Source: Alkalispirochaeta sp. (GTDB lineage: Bacteria; Spirochaetota; Spirochaetia; DSM-27196; Alkalispirochaetaceae). From it: a stretch of DNA of 64,000 nt. The position numbers were made by a program, and so were the translations under genes. The stretch lies in the NCBI GenBank assembly GCA_965242725.1, contig CBDESZ010000026.1, forward strand, positions 64,001 through 128,000, written 5' to 3'. The notes under the pieces were generated by a model, which was given only the letters and a program-made list of their open reading frames with translations, did no database searches and was not told where the DNA came from. Positions 38,586-48,828 of the stretch are shown piece after piece (the first letter of the stretch is position 1; every line of letters starts with the position of its first letter).

Positions 38586-39833
38586 ATGGACCGGATAAGT
38601 ACCAATCTACCCAATGACAGTATGCAGTTCCACCTCAGGGAACGGACAAAGGCGATGGAACAGCTCTCAAACCAGCTTGCCGGTCAGACCCGCATTCTCA
38701 ATCTCCGGGACGACCCGATGGCTGCCGCCCACGCGACACGATACCGGTCGTATACGGCGCGCCTGGAACGGTTCAGCGAAAACATAGAGACGATCAGGGA
38801 CCGGAATGTGATCACCGAGGGTTACATCCAGCAGGCGGGAGACATGCTCCAGAGAGCCCGGGAGATCGCGGTACAGAGCGCCAACGGCACCTATACCGCC
38901 GAGGACATGCGTCATATGGCGACGGAAATCGACCAGATTCTCAATGAGATGGTCGAGGTTGCCAATGCACGCGGCTCCGACGGCACGACGATTTTCTCCG
39001 GTGACCGGGGCAACCAGCTCCCGTTCCGTGCCGTAGAGGGAATACGCGCCGGGGGAGAGCGGTCGGTGATCACGGAAGTGCAGTATCGGGGCACGATCAA
39101 CCGCCAGAACGCTGAAATCGGCGAGAACTCGTTTATCCAGACAAACTGGCCGGGCAATCAGGTTTTCTGGGCGGAAAACCAGCAGATCACCTCCCGTACC
39201 GATGCACGTGATTTTCAGGTTCATCAGAATGGAACGGTTTCAGTCGACGGCGTCGATATCGAGGTGCGCGAGGGCGACACAGTTCACTCTCTGGTACACA
39301 AAATCAATGAATCGGGGGCGCCCGTAAAGGCCCATGTCGATCCCGTATACTCAAGCCTTGTTATTCAGAGCACATCACCCCATCAGATCTGGCTGGAAGA
39401 CGACACGCAGGGACGCGTCTTTGAACGCCTTGGCCTCGTCCGGTCCGCACAGGATCCGCCTCCCGACAACGTGGCGCCGTCGGCGCTTCGTTCCGGCGGC
39501 TCCGTCTTTGATACGCTGATCAGCCTTCGGGACAATCTGTTTGCAGGCGATCAGGAAGCGATAGGCGGACGGGGAATTCAGTCGGTAGATCAGGCCCTTG
39601 ACAACATCTTTGCCGGCCTGGGAAAACTGGGTGCCATTAACTCCCGGCTGGACTACGCATATGAGCGCACGGAAATGGAAATTCCCCGGGTGATTGCCCA
39701 GGACTCACGGAATACCGATGTGGATATGGCGGAAGCGATCATGGAACTGCGACAGCTGGAGCAGACACATCGCGCCGCATTGGGGGCGTCGGCCCGGGTC
39801 ATACAGCCGACGCTTCTCGATTTCCTCCGATAG
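38586..39833 (+). CDS. flgL: Flagellar hook-associated protein 3
   Basis: LRDDPMAA, REIAVQSANGT, DVDMAEAIMEL...QPTLLDFLR. Confidence 0.95.
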   Translation: MDRISTNLPNDSMQFHLRERTKAMEQLSNQLAGQTRILNLRDDPMAAAHATRYRSYTARLERFSENIETIRDRNVITEGYIQQAGDMLQRAREIAVQSANGTYTAEDMRHMATEIDQILNEMVEVANARGSDGTTIFSGDRGNQLPFRAVEGIRAGGERSVITEVQYRGTINRQNAEIGENSFIQTNWPGNQVFWAENQQITSRTDARDFQVHQNGTVSVDGVDIEVREGDTVHSLVHKINESGAPVKAHVDPVYSSLVIQSTSPHQIWLEDDTQGRVFERLGLVRSAQDPPPDNVAPSALRSGGSVFDTLISLRDNLFAGDQEAIGGRGIQSVDQALDNIFAGLGKLGAINSRLDYAYERTEMEIPRVIAQDSRNTDVDMAEAIMELRQLEQTHRAALGASARVIQPTLLDFLR

Positions 39834-39846
39834 CAGTAACGCGACG

Positions 39847-40296
39847 ATGAAACAGCGAACCATTGAAACCAAAGCGTACGGCGTCATTCCGATTGAAGAA
39901 CGCCAGATTGTCTCATTTCCCCTCGGTCTCTACGGATTTGAAGGACACCGGGAGTTTGCACTTCTTGATTCCGATACGCCGCCATTTTACTGGCTTCAAA
40001 GTATGGAAAGCAGGGAGGTCGCGTTCATCCTTGTAAATCCCTATGTCATCGTGCCGGAATACGTTCTTGATATTTCGGAAGATGACCTTGATACGATCGA
40101 AAATCCCGCGCCGGAGGATCTCCTCGTCTTTGCCATTGTGACCATCCCCGCAGAACGGCGTGACATGAGCTGCAACCTTCAGGGACCGGTGATCATACAC
40201 CGGGACCGGAGAATCGGACGTCAGTCGATATCTCTGGACCAGCGATGGCCGATCAAACGGTATCTGCTTCCCCGGGAAGGGCGGGAATCATGCTGA
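39847..40296 (+). CDS. fliW: Flagellar assembly factor / CsrA antagonist
   Basis: [23 protein letters not shown]. Confidence 0.93.
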   Translation: MKQRTIETKAYGVIPIEERQIVSFPLGLYGFEGHREFALLDSDTPPFYWLQSMESREVAFILVNPYVIVPEYVLDISEDDLDTIENPAPEDLLVFAIVTIPAERRDMSCNLQGPVIIHRDRRIGRQSISLDQRWPIKRYLLPREGRESC

Positions 40297-40553
40297 TTCT
40301 CAGTCGCAAGGTCAACGAACGGATCATGATTGGTGATTCCATCGAGGTTTCCGTTCTTGAAATCCGGGGAGACCAGGTGAAACTGGGTATCATCGCACCG
40401 AGAACCGTTCACGTCCATCGGCGAGAGGTTTTTGACGCGATTCAGGAAGAAAACAGGGCGGCCGCCCAGGGCCTTCCTGAGGACCTGCAGGGACTGTCGG
40501 ACCTTCTCGGCGGGAACGGTAACGGTGAATCCTCCGCGCCGTCGGATGAGTAA
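40290..40553 (+). CDS. csrA: Carbon storage regulator
   Basis: [16 protein letters not shown]...QVKLGIIAP...VHRREV. Confidence 0.96.
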   Translation: MLILSRKVNERIMIGDSIEVSVLEIRGDQVKLGIIAPRTVHVHRREVFDAIQEENRAAAQGLPEDLQGLSDLLGGNGNGESSAPSDE

Positions 40554-40576
40554 CAGCCGGCGGTCATCGCGCGAGG

Positions 40577-41311
40577 TCAACCCTGCGGATCGGGACGGAA
40601 CGTTGGGTGCGATTTTCGCGTTCCGATCTCTTCACTGCGCAAATATTCCGGTCCCTGGTACGGATCATCCCACTCCCGCAGCCCATACTTCCTGAAGCCC
40701 AGAAGCGCGACACCGACAGCACAGGAGAGTCCTCCCGCCTTCGGGCGTTCCAACCCGACGGGTACCGTCTCCGGAAGAGGGTCGGGACCGGTAAGGCACG
40801 TCCCGGGATATGACCGGGCCATCGCGATCACCTCCTCGACGGGAATATCCCTGTCTGCCACCACCCGGGAGAGCATTTCCGCATCAGAATCGTGGACAAA
40901 GAGCGCCGCGTAATAGCGCTGCTTACGTGCATCCATAAACGGCAGGATTGCCTCAGGTACCGGTATTCCCCGGACAGCTCGAAAATAACGCTCCGTTTCG
41001 GCAATTCCATGCAGAGAATCGACGGAAATGACGGGGCACTTCCATGCAAGGGCGAGCGCTTTTGCCGTGGACATCCCGATACGGAGACCCGTAAAACTGC
41101 CGGGGCCGCAGGCGACGGCAACCGCCGACAGGGGAGCCGACTGCCGGTCCCGGTCATGGGTCCGCAGAAAGTCGTCAATGGCGGGCAGGAGGTTTTCAGT
41201 ATGCCGCAGCCCGTTCGGATCGTCGATATTTCCCAGAAGGCTCCGGTCCTCCATGAGGGCAAGCCCGAGGATTCCGTTGGAGGTGTCTATCGAAAGGATA
41301 CGATCACCCAT
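40577..41311 (-). CDS. tsaB: t6A biosynthesis protein TsaB
   Basis: ILSIDTS, GPGSFTGLRIG, MDARKQRYY. Confidence 0.93.
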   Translation of the reverse strand: MGDRILSIDTSNGILGLALMEDRSLLGNIDDPNGLRHTENLLPAIDDFLRTHDRDRQSAPLSAVAVACGPGSFTGLRIGMSTAKALALAWKCPVISVDSLHGIAETERYFRAVRGIPVPEAILPFMDARKQRYYAALFVHDSDAEMLSRVVADRDIPVEEVIAMARSYPGTCLTGPDPLPETVPVGLERPKAGGLSCAVGVALLGFRKYGLREWDDPYQGPEYLRSEEIGTRKSHPTFRPDPQG

Positions 41312-41777
41312 CGGATGCCTCCCTGCCGGTCCCGTCGGTCCCGCCGTTTCGGAACGTTACGGAGACACGCCGGGTGAGTTCATTGTCATGGAGGACTTCA
41401 AAATGGATGGAGATATCCGTCGATTCCGCCAACTCCGGGACGCGGTCAACCCATTCAATAAAGGAGATGCAGCGGGGAAAGCTCTCTTCCAGCCCGAGCA
41501 GGTAAAACTCGTCGGGACCGGCCAATCGGTAAAGATCGATATGGAGTACCGTAAAGGCGTGAAGGGGGTACTCTTCAACGATTGTGTAGGTCGGGCTCGG
41601 CATGCGCTCCGTCACCCCCAGTTCGGCGGCGGCGGCGCGGACAAAGACGCTCTTGCCGGCACCGAGGTCGCCTGAGAGACCGACAACCATCCCGGAGACG
41701 AGCTTTCCGGCCATGCGGGATGCCAGGCTGATCGTTTCCTCTTCTGAATGGAGGGTATGGACAACGGATTCGGGCAT
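41304..41777 (-). CDS. tsaE: t6A biosynthesis ATPase TsaE
   Basis: GDLGAGKS, SPTYTIVEEY, HIDLYRL, IEW. Confidence 0.95.
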   Translation of the reverse strand: MPESVVHTLHSEEETISLASRMAGKLVSGMVVGLSGDLGAGKSVFVRAAAAELGVTERMPSPTYTIVEEYPLHAFTVLHIDLYRLAGPDEFYLLGLEESFPRCISFIEWVDRVPELAESTDISIHFEVLHDNELTRRVSVTFRNGGTDGTGREASDG

Positions 41778-41786
41778 GGAGGGATG

Positions 41787-42050
41787 CTACGGGAGAGAAC
41801 CGGCTTTGTCGATATCCTTGATATACTGTTTCAGCAATTTCATCGCCGGGACGAGGGGATAGTCCGCCCCGTCCAGAAAACGGACATGTACCTCCTTGGT
41901 ACCGTAGGGAGACATCTCAAGGGAAAATTCGATGTTTACCGGCTCGCTCGAAGTCGATGCAATCTGTATGACCGCCGCGGCGCGGTAAAGTCGACGGTAT
42001 TCGATTGCGAGGGGAACGCGTTCAATATGATCTAGTCGTTGTACCTTCAT
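41787..42050 (-). CDS. Hypothetical protein
   Basis: Fills the gap co-directionally; IEFSLEMSPYG...DYPLVP. Confidence 0.7.
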   Translation of the reverse strand: MKVQRLDHIERVPLAIEYRRLYRAAAVIQIASTSSEPVNIEFSLEMSPYGTKEVHVRFLDGADYPLVPAMKLLKQYIKDIDKAGSLP

Positions 42051-42103
42051 GAATGCTCTCAGCTTAGACCAGGACTATTGTTTTCGCAAATTCGGCATTG
42101 AAC

Positions 42104-42997
42104 TCACCGGGATGTATCGCTTTTCTCGGTCAGGAGATGTCGTTGAACGACGTCATTGAACGCGCGAAATCGCGGCAGCATTTCGTATTCAAGGATATCA
42201 CCGATGAGGACCAGATCATTGTGTGTAAAGGCTTCCTCCAGTTCAAGAAACAGCTTGTTCAGCTCGTGAATTGATTCATGAATGGGTGAATCATCGACCG
42301 TCTCAGTTTGCAGCTCCGGCTTCACCGTCATCAGGACGGGGAGAATACGCAGCTCCTTGGCGACCAGTTCGGAAAAGCGGGTAATCGTATCGAGAGCGCC
42401 TTTGCGATCGCCGCCCTGAATTTCCGCGGGTATCTCTTCAAAGGTGGGCAACACCGATTCCAGCGCCGTGAGGGTATGTGCCATCTCCTGTTCAGGATAA
42501 AGGAGCTCCCGCTGACGAAGATCAAATATTCTGGTCAGTTCCTCGCATCGCCGGGCGACGGCGGCCCGGACGGCCGCATCATGGTGAGACGCGTCGGCAA
42601 GGGGTTCCTCCAGGAGGCCTTTAAGGTCGGGGGCGTTCCTCTCGATCCCCTGGAGGACATGAGGCAGCTCTTCCAGGACCGCTTCCCGCTGTGATGCATC
42701 ACCTTCATCCATCACCCTTCGGAGAAGATCGGTGTAGGAGATGATCGTTTCAAAATCATTGACCTGACGCTCCCGGACACTTACGGCGTCGACATCGAGG
42801 GTTTCGACCTTTTCTACCGGCGTGTCCCGCCACTGCGTGTCCGACTCAGATACCGACGCGCCGTTCAGGGTAATTGACGTGATTCTATGTCCCGATTCAT
42901 GCAGCCACGCGGATACACCGGCGAAAACCTCTCCGGCTGTCTTTTCATGTTCCAGCTGAAAATCGATGGATACACCGTTTATCTGTATTTTCATCAT
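42104..42997 (-). CDS. Hypothetical protein downstream of fliD
   Basis: ATGA overlap with fliD; C-terminal DLVLIGDILEYE. Confidence 0.75.
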   Translation of the reverse strand: MMKIQINGVSIDFQLEHEKTAGEVFAGVSAWLHESGHRITSITLNGASVSESDTQWRDTPVEKVETLDVDAVSVRERQVNDFETIISYTDLLRRVMDEGDASQREAVLEELPHVLQGIERNAPDLKGLLEEPLADASHHDAAVRAAVARRCEELTRIFDLRQRELLYPEQEMAHTLTALESVLPTFEEIPAEIQGGDRKGALDTITRFSELVAKELRILPVLMTVKPELQTETVDDSPIHESIHELNKLFLELEEAFTHNDLVLIGDILEYEMLPRFRAFNDVVQRHLLTEKSDTSR

Positions 42998-44967
42998 CGG
43001 TTTTGTGATCCTTGTGTTCCAAGTCTGTCCAGCGCCTGGGATGTATCTTCCATTTGCTCCATCATTCCTTCCATGCGTCCAAAGTCGGTGCGCAACTCCT
43101 GCTCATAATCCTCAAGCCGCTCGTTGTAGCGGGAAATGCGGTTCTGAGTCTGGTCGATGCGCGTATTGATGCCGTCGGTTCGTCCGGCGATGATGCCGCC
43201 GGTGCGAACATAGGGGGTGACATACTGTTCCAGTGCAACCGCTGCGCCGGTGTCTACGGTGAGGTCGTTGTTGGAGTCACGACCGAAGAGACGTCCCACG
43301 GACTGGAAATCCCGTGCCAGGGCATCGTCGAGGGCGGTTTCGTTGATTTCAAGATACCCCCGCAGCCGGGATGCGTCGTAGCCGCCGCCCGCACCCGATG
43401 CGTTTGTTGAAATTCCGATCTCCGAAAGGAGGCCGAAGGAGCCGTCGACGCCGGTGTCGTAGGGATTCATCATGATCGTCTGCAGACGGCTCCGCAGCTG
43501 GTTGAGACTGCTTTCTCCCTGGAAGATACCGAGGCGTTCCTCCATCGTCTCCCGCTCGCTGTCGCTGAAGTATTCAATTTGATCGATCAGCGATTCCTCG
43601 TTCCGGGTATAGATGTTGATGTCCCGAATGACCTGGTTGTAATAACCGACAAACTCGATGATCCGTTCCTTGGCGTTTTCCCGATCGGGCTCTACCGATA
43701 CCTCAACGGGCTCCTGAGAGGGGCGCCGAAGGTTGAGGGTTACGCCCGGTATCAGATCGTCGACGGTATTTGATTCCCGTACGATCTCCACGCCGCTGTA
43801 CTCGAGGCGCGCATTCCGGGCGGTCTCCAGTGGACGTGCCGGAACACTGCCGCCCCGCGTCGTGGGATCGACGATTTCGATATTTCGAATTTCCAGCGTA
43901 CGGTTTGTATTCCTGTTCACCATCGAGAATCCCGAGGTACTGGAAGGCAGGTCGGAGGCGGCTATCTCCACGGTGGTAAAGGATGACGTTTCAGGAAGGG
44001 GGGGAAGCTCTCGCGCCCCTCCCGTGGTAAGGATTGACAGCGCCCGGTTGTCCTCAACGAAGGGCGGCGGTTCCGGCGCTTCCGGAACGGGAATGTCAAA
44101 TCCCAGCGCCTCATTGCGTATGGTGATGTCTCCAAATGTTGTGGATCCCGGATCAACCGCAGCCACGCCGGGAGGAGTGTCAAATGCTTCCTGTTCCTCC
44201 CGGGGGATGTTGATACTTCGCGCTTCATAGCGCAGAACCATTCCGGGAGCGATATTGAAAGGCGAGGGGAGGGACAGCTCTTCCTGTGCCCCCGGCTGAA
44301 GGGTCAGTGGTTCATCGCGGAGGAAGGAAATCGCCTTGTCCGGCTGAGGCCGGGACATGACGCCGATCTCTTCCATGAGGGAGACACCGTCCTGACCGAA
44401 TGAAAGCTGTGCGGCGGCGCCTTCCCGAGTCCCTTCAAAAATGATGACATTGGTAGAGGAGGTGTCGGGGACGACGGTGGCTCTGACCACGCCCTCCATG
44501 CGTCGATTGACCTCCGCTGCAAACTCTCTGAGGGAGCCTCCGGCGAAACGCATGGAGCGGCTCTCGTCGCCCACCGAAAATTCATAGCGACCTGAGGGGA
44601 TACGGAAGTCCTGGGAAAGCGGTCGGGAGGCAAATCTGTCACGGCCTGCAGTCTGAAGGACCGTGACCGTTTCAACTCCCTCGACGGCCTGTCTGCTCGC
44701 CGTGGCGGTCAATACCGATTCATCCGAGGATGAGCCGATGCGATCACGAAAAGGGTTTTCAAATCCGTACATCGTACGGGCGGTATCCCGCAATCGACCT
44801 ATCTGCCGGCCAAGGGACTGCCACGCCTGTCGTTGAGTTTCATAGCTTTCAACCTGCCGTTCCATGCGGCGAACGGGAATGCGTTCGACCTCCATGAGGT
44901 CTTCCACCATCTTGGAGGTGTCCATCCCGCGATTATTTGAGATTCCTGGAATCGAAATATCAGACAC
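42994..44967 (-). CDS. fliD: Flagellar filament cap protein
   Basis: GMDTSKMVEDLMEVERIP, SNTVDDLIPGVTLNL, C-terminal coiled coil. Confidence 0.95.
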   Translation of the reverse strand: MSDISIPGISNNRGMDTSKMVEDLMEVERIPVRRMERQVESYETQRQAWQSLGRQIGRLRDTARTMYGFENPFRDRIGSSSDESVLTATASRQAVEGVETVTVLQTAGRDRFASRPLSQDFRIPSGRYEFSVGDESRSMRFAGGSLREFAAEVNRRMEGVVRATVVPDTSSTNVIIFEGTREGAAAQLSFGQDGVSLMEEIGVMSRPQPDKAISFLRDEPLTLQPGAQEELSLPSPFNIAPGMVLRYEARSINIPREEQEAFDTPPGVAAVDPGSTTFGDITIRNEALGFDIPVPEAPEPPPFVEDNRALSILTTGGARELPPLPETSSFTTVEIAASDLPSSTSGFSMVNRNTNRTLEIRNIEIVDPTTRGGSVPARPLETARNARLEYSGVEIVRESNTVDDLIPGVTLNLRRPSQEPVEVSVEPDRENAKERIIEFVGYYNQVIRDINIYTRNEESLIDQIEYFSDSERETMEERLGIFQGESSLNQLRSRLQTIMMNPYDTGVDGSFGLLSEIGISTNASGAGGGYDASRLRGYLEINETALDDALARDFQSVGRLFGRDSNNDLTVDTGAAVALEQYVTPYVRTGGIIAGRTDGINTRIDQTQNRISRYNERLEDYEQELRTDFGRMEGMMEQMEDTSQALDRLGTQGSQNR

Positions 44968-45003
44968 GTCCCCTCCCGTGCCCTACGCGAACCGTAACTC
45001 CCG

Positions 45004-45366
45004 TCAGACCGATTCGTCCAGAAGCAGGCCGATCGCCTCGCGAATACGTAGGTGTACGCGCTGCAGCTCGCTAGGCGGTAGTTCCTTGATCACAGTATCG
45101 GTTTCCCGATCGATTACTTTAACTACCATCTGCTCGAGTTGTTCGTTGTACGAGAAACTGAGGCGTTTGTTGAAAGCCCGGGAGACGTCCCGCAGCTCCT
45201 GGGTGAGTTGCTTTACCTGCTCGCGGTTGATCCGTTCTTCCCGCTCACGCAGTTGTTCTTCCGCTCGGGCCGCAAAGGCCTGTCGGACTTCTTCTATCGG
45301 CCGACCCGTATCACGACGCGGGGTATTTGGTCCGTTCGGCAATACGTGTGTAACTTCCATAGCCAT
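45004..45366 (-). CDS. flaG: Flagellar protein FlaG
   Basis: LSFSYNE...VVKVIDRETDTVIKELPP; GGAGG SD before ATG 45366. Confidence 0.9.
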   Translation of the reverse strand: MAMEVTHVLPNGPNTPRRDTGRPIEEVRQAFAARAEEQLREREERINREQVKQLTQELRDVSRAFNKRLSFSYNEQLEQMVVKVIDRETDTVIKELPPSELQRVHLRIREAIGLLLDESV

Positions 45367-45472
45367 ACTGTACCTCCATGTACAAGCCAACCAGGAGGGG
45401 AGAGCGCGCGCCCCCCCCTGTGGCCGGGTGAAAGATGACGTCCAGAAATCTTTCACCATAAAAACGGTTTTT

Positions 45473-46327
45473 TTATGCGAGCAGCTGGAGTACAGACTGG
45501 GTCTGCGTATTGGCTTGCGCCAGCATCGCCGTATTGGACTGCATCAGGATTTGATTCTTGGTGTAGTTCACCACTTCTGATGCCATGTCCACGTCACGAA
45601 TCCGTGATTCCGATGCCGCAAGGTTTTCAGCCGCAATGGAGATACCCTGCTGTGCAGTTTCAAACCGGTTCTGGTATGCACCCAGATCCGCCCGCTGTTG
45701 CGAGACGCGACGCAATGCCGAATCGATGACACCGATTGCGGAGTTTGCCGCTTCGACGGTGGAGATGCTAATCATCCCCTCCTGACCCTGTGCGTTTTCA
45801 AGTCCCAGAGCCTGTGCGGTCATTGTACCGACAAATACGCGCTCCGATTGGTCCATGTTTGCACCAACTTGAAATTGCATTGTCATTCCCACGGCGCTGT
45901 CCTCGGCAAACGATCCGGTCAGAATATTCATACCGTTGAACTGAGCGTGCGAAGCGATGCGATTGATCTCGTCCACCAGCTGGGAAACTTCCACCTGAAT
46001 CTGCATTCGATCTTCGGCGGTATAGATTCCGTTTGCGGATTGAACCGACAGTTCACGCAGGCGCTGAAGTATATCCTGGGACGACTGGAGGAAACCTTCC
46101 GTCGTCTGGATGAAAGACACTGCGTTCTGTACGTTCCGTTCCGCCTGGTTGAGACCGCGTACCTGGCTGCGCAGCTTTTCGCTGACGGCAAGTCCGCTGG
46201 CATCGTCTCCGGCACGGTTGATTCGCTGGCCCGAACTCAACGCTTCGATGTTCTGCTGGGTTGCAGCAGTCCGCTGGTTGAGAGTCCGGTTTGCAAATGC
46301 CGCACTCGCGTTGTGATTGATGATCAT
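45473..46327 (-). CDS. flaB: Flagellin (FlaB core protein)
   Basis: [44 protein letters not shown]. Confidence 0.97.
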   Translation of the reverse strand: MIINHNASAAFANRTLNQRTAATQQNIEALSSGQRINRAGDDASGLAVSEKLRSQVRGLNQAERNVQNAVSFIQTTEGFLQSSQDILQRLRELSVQSANGIYTAEDRMQIQVEVSQLVDEINRIASHAQFNGMNILTGSFAEDSAVGMTMQFQVGANMDQSERVFVGTMTAQALGLENAQGQEGMISISTVEAANSAIGVIDSALRRVSQQRADLGAYQNRFETAQQGISIAAENLAASESRIRDVDMASEVVNYTKNQILMQSNTAMLAQANTQTQSVLQLLA

Positions 46328-46552
46328 GTGATCCTCCTTGATACAAGATTACCGGCACTCATTGCCGGAACCTTCTGAAGCGAAGGGGGTTGGAAGAGTC
46401 GTTGCGCGCTTCTTCCAAACCGTTATCCCCGCACAACGAAGGGACACGCCGACTCGTCCATGAGCCGGCTCGTCCCTTCCTGCTCGCCTATCAGGAAGGA
46501 TCACTTCCTATGTCAAAGAACAGTATTACTCGGTACCTGAAAAGGTACTACG

Positions 46553-47407
46553 CTATCCGAGCAATTGCAAGACTGATTGTGTCTGCGTGTTCGCCTGAGC
46601 GAGCATGGCGGTGCTGGATTGGACAAGAATCTGGTTCTTGGTGTAGTCCACCACTTCCTTTGCCATGTCGACGTCGCGGATACGGGATTCCGCCGCCTGG
46701 AGGTTCTCGGCACCGATATCGATACCCTTGATCGCCATTTCCAGCCGGTTCTGGTACGCACCCAGGTCAGCACGTTGCTTGTTGATGCGACGCAGTGCGG
46801 AGTCGAGCGTTCCGATCGAGGTATTCGACATATCCGGTGTGGAAAGCGACATGATCGTCTGATCGCCGCGGAGTCCGAGAGACTGGGCGGTCATCGTTCC
46901 GATGTAGACCCGTTCCCGCTGGTCCATGTTTGCCCCGATCTGGAAGTACATGGAAGCCGTCACGATATTGTTGCCATCCTCGCGACCGAAGCGGCCGGTC
47001 AGAAGGTTCATGCCGTTGAACTGCGCATGTGAAGCGATACGATCGATCTCGTCAACGAGCTGCGAGATTTCCACCTGGATCTGCATGCGATCTTCTGCGG
47101 TATAAATACCGTTTGCCGATTGTACGGCCAGTTCGCGCATTCGCTGCAGGATGTCCTGGCTTTCCTGAAGGTATCCTTCCGTCGTCTGAATGAACGAAAC
47201 GCCGTTCAGGGCGTTCTCCGATGCCTGATTGAGTCCGCGAATCTGGGACCGCATTTTCTCACTGACGGCCAGTCCACTCGCGTCGTCCCCCGCCCGGTTG
47301 ATACGCAGGCCCGAGCTGAGTTTTTCGATGTTTCCCTGGACCTCTCGGGTGTTAACCGATTGCTGACGCTGCGAAAACATCGCACTCATGTTGTGATTAA
47401 TGATCAT
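46553..47407 (-). CDS. flaB: Flagellin (FlaB core protein)
   Basis: [49 protein letters not shown]. Confidence 0.97.
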   Translation of the reverse strand: MIINHNMSAMFSQRQQSVNTREVQGNIEKLSSGLRINRAGDDASGLAVSEKMRSQIRGLNQASENALNGVSFIQTTEGYLQESQDILQRMRELAVQSANGIYTAEDRMQIQVEISQLVDEIDRIASHAQFNGMNLLTGRFGREDGNNIVTASMYFQIGANMDQRERVYIGTMTAQSLGLRGDQTIMSLSTPDMSNTSIGTLDSALRRINKQRADLGAYQNRLEMAIKGIDIGAENLQAAESRIRDVDMAKEVVDYTKNQILVQSSTAMLAQANTQTQSVLQLLG

Positions 47408-47411
47408 ACTT

Positions 47412-47447
47412 CATCCTCCATGAACAGTTTCCGGGCATCCTTGCCCG
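47412..47447 (-). promoter_or_regulatory. CsrA-binding sites in the flaB leader
   Basis: Hairpin CGGGCA-AGGA-UGCCCG and AUGGAGGA over the SD; same layout as the Bacillus hag leader. Confidence 0.75.
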
Positions 47448-47505
47448 TTTTTTTTCGGTTTTCCGGCGGGAGAATACCGACGTGCACGTTTTTCACATGC
47501 AGTAT

Positions 47506-47532
47506 TCAAGTCCCTTCCCGGAACGCCGATAA
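47506..47532 (+). promoter_or_regulatory. sigma28-like promoter antisense to the flaB leader
   Basis: TCAA-N15-GCCGATAA. Confidence 0.55.
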
Positions 47533-47594
47533 TCAGAGTAGGGGAGATTCTGCCCGCTTCGGCCGTAAGCGAAACAAAGACTTCCCTATACACT

Positions 47595-47621
47595 TTATCG
47601 GCCGGGGTGGGGATAAACTAA
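47595..47621 (-). promoter_or_regulatory. sigma28 promoter of flaB
   Basis: TTAG-N15-GCCGATAA. Confidence 0.75.
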
Positions 47622-47649
47622 AATTCGGGATGAAGTATTTTTTGGAAAA

Positions 47650-48786
47650 TCAGCGGTAGGTCTCGTCTATAAGCTCGAGATACTGTTTGGCAACCGGATC
47701 ATTGGGATCCAGCTCCCGTACCGTTTCAAAATAACGACGAGCTTCACCGGGCTTGTCCTGTTTCAACTCCAGAACGCCCATATTGGACATGATTTTGGTG
47801 TTGTCCGGTTCAAGCTTGAGGGCTTCCTCCAAATGGCGCCGGCTTTCCTCATGGGATCCGACCTCCATTTCGCAAATGGCGAGTTCATTGAGGGTGTCCG
47901 CATTTCCCCCGCCCAGGGACAGAGCCTTTTCAAATGCGGCTTTTCCGTCTTCAAAACGGGCCAGTCTCCGCAGACCCCAGCCGAGAAGAAACCAGCCGTT
48001 CCAGACATCGGGATTTTTCTCGAGAAACTCCCGTATTTTCTGTATTCCCCGTTCCTCGTCGCCGATCTTAATGAAGTCGAAGGCTTCCTTGAAGAGCTGG
48101 TCATTGAGGTTGTGGGATTTTATTTCCGTGAGAATACGCCGGGCGTGCTCCTTCTTCTCTACGTCGTCGCTTTCAGCGAGGTAATACTCAAGCTGCGCCT
48201 GTGCCGACGGATAGTCCTGGATCTTGATGAAGAACATTCCTGCGTTGAGCCGTACGTCGGGAGCGATATCCTCCCTGGTCAACAGGTCGCTGTAGATCTC
48301 CCTTGCCCGGTGGCGATAGCGTTCCGCATCCTCTTCACGGCCAACCCGCTCAAGGTTATCCGCCCGGTGCTCGTGAGTGATCGCCAGGTTGGCGGGTCCT
48401 TCGGACCGGTCCGGATCCAGGCCCGCAAGGGCGGAAAAAATATCGGTGGCAAGCTGAAAATTTTCGTTCTTTGCGGCGATGATTCCCGTCTCGGAGAGCT
48501 CCGTAAAGATTTCCGGTCGTGCGGCGACGACAAATTGGCGGTAGTAGGGCGCGTATTCGTGATCGGGATCGGCGGCGAGGACGGTGAGCATGCCGGAGAT
48601 GATCATCTCCCAGGTCAATGACTCGACGTTCCATTCCGACGGGTCGCCGTCGGGTTCCACCGGAAGTGGGATGGATGGGTCTATCGCCATATCCCCGACG
48701 TGATTATGGAAGCTCTCGGGTACGGTAATGAAGAGCAGGCGCTCAATGGGGGACTGTTGGGAGTCGGAAGAAGATTGTGAATGCAT
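47650..48786 (-). CDS. Tetratricopeptide-repeat protein
   Basis: Multiple TPR motifs (WNGWFLLGWGL...A...FEKAL; ALKLEPDN). Confidence 0.88.
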   Translation of the reverse strand: MHSQSSSDSQQSPIERLLFITVPESFHNHVGDMAIDPSIPLPVEPDGDPSEWNVESLTWEMIISGMLTVLAADPDHEYAPYYRQFVVAARPEIFTELSETGIIAAKNENFQLATDIFSALAGLDPDRSEGPANLAITHEHRADNLERVGREEDAERYRHRAREIYSDLLTREDIAPDVRLNAGMFFIKIQDYPSAQAQLEYYLAESDDVEKKEHARRILTEIKSHNLNDQLFKEAFDFIKIGDEERGIQKIREFLEKNPDVWNGWFLLGWGLRRLARFEDGKAAFEKALSLGGGNADTLNELAICEMEVGSHEESRRHLEEALKLEPDNTKIMSNMGVLELKQDKPGEARRYFETVRELDPNDPVAKQYLELIDETYR

Positions 48787-48828
48787 CGCAGAATCCTTAG
48801 GTTGTTGTACTGGCCGACCGATTCGGCA

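Noticed and set aside
45473..47407. Repeated DNA between two regions
   Set aside because: Ordinary flaB paralogy
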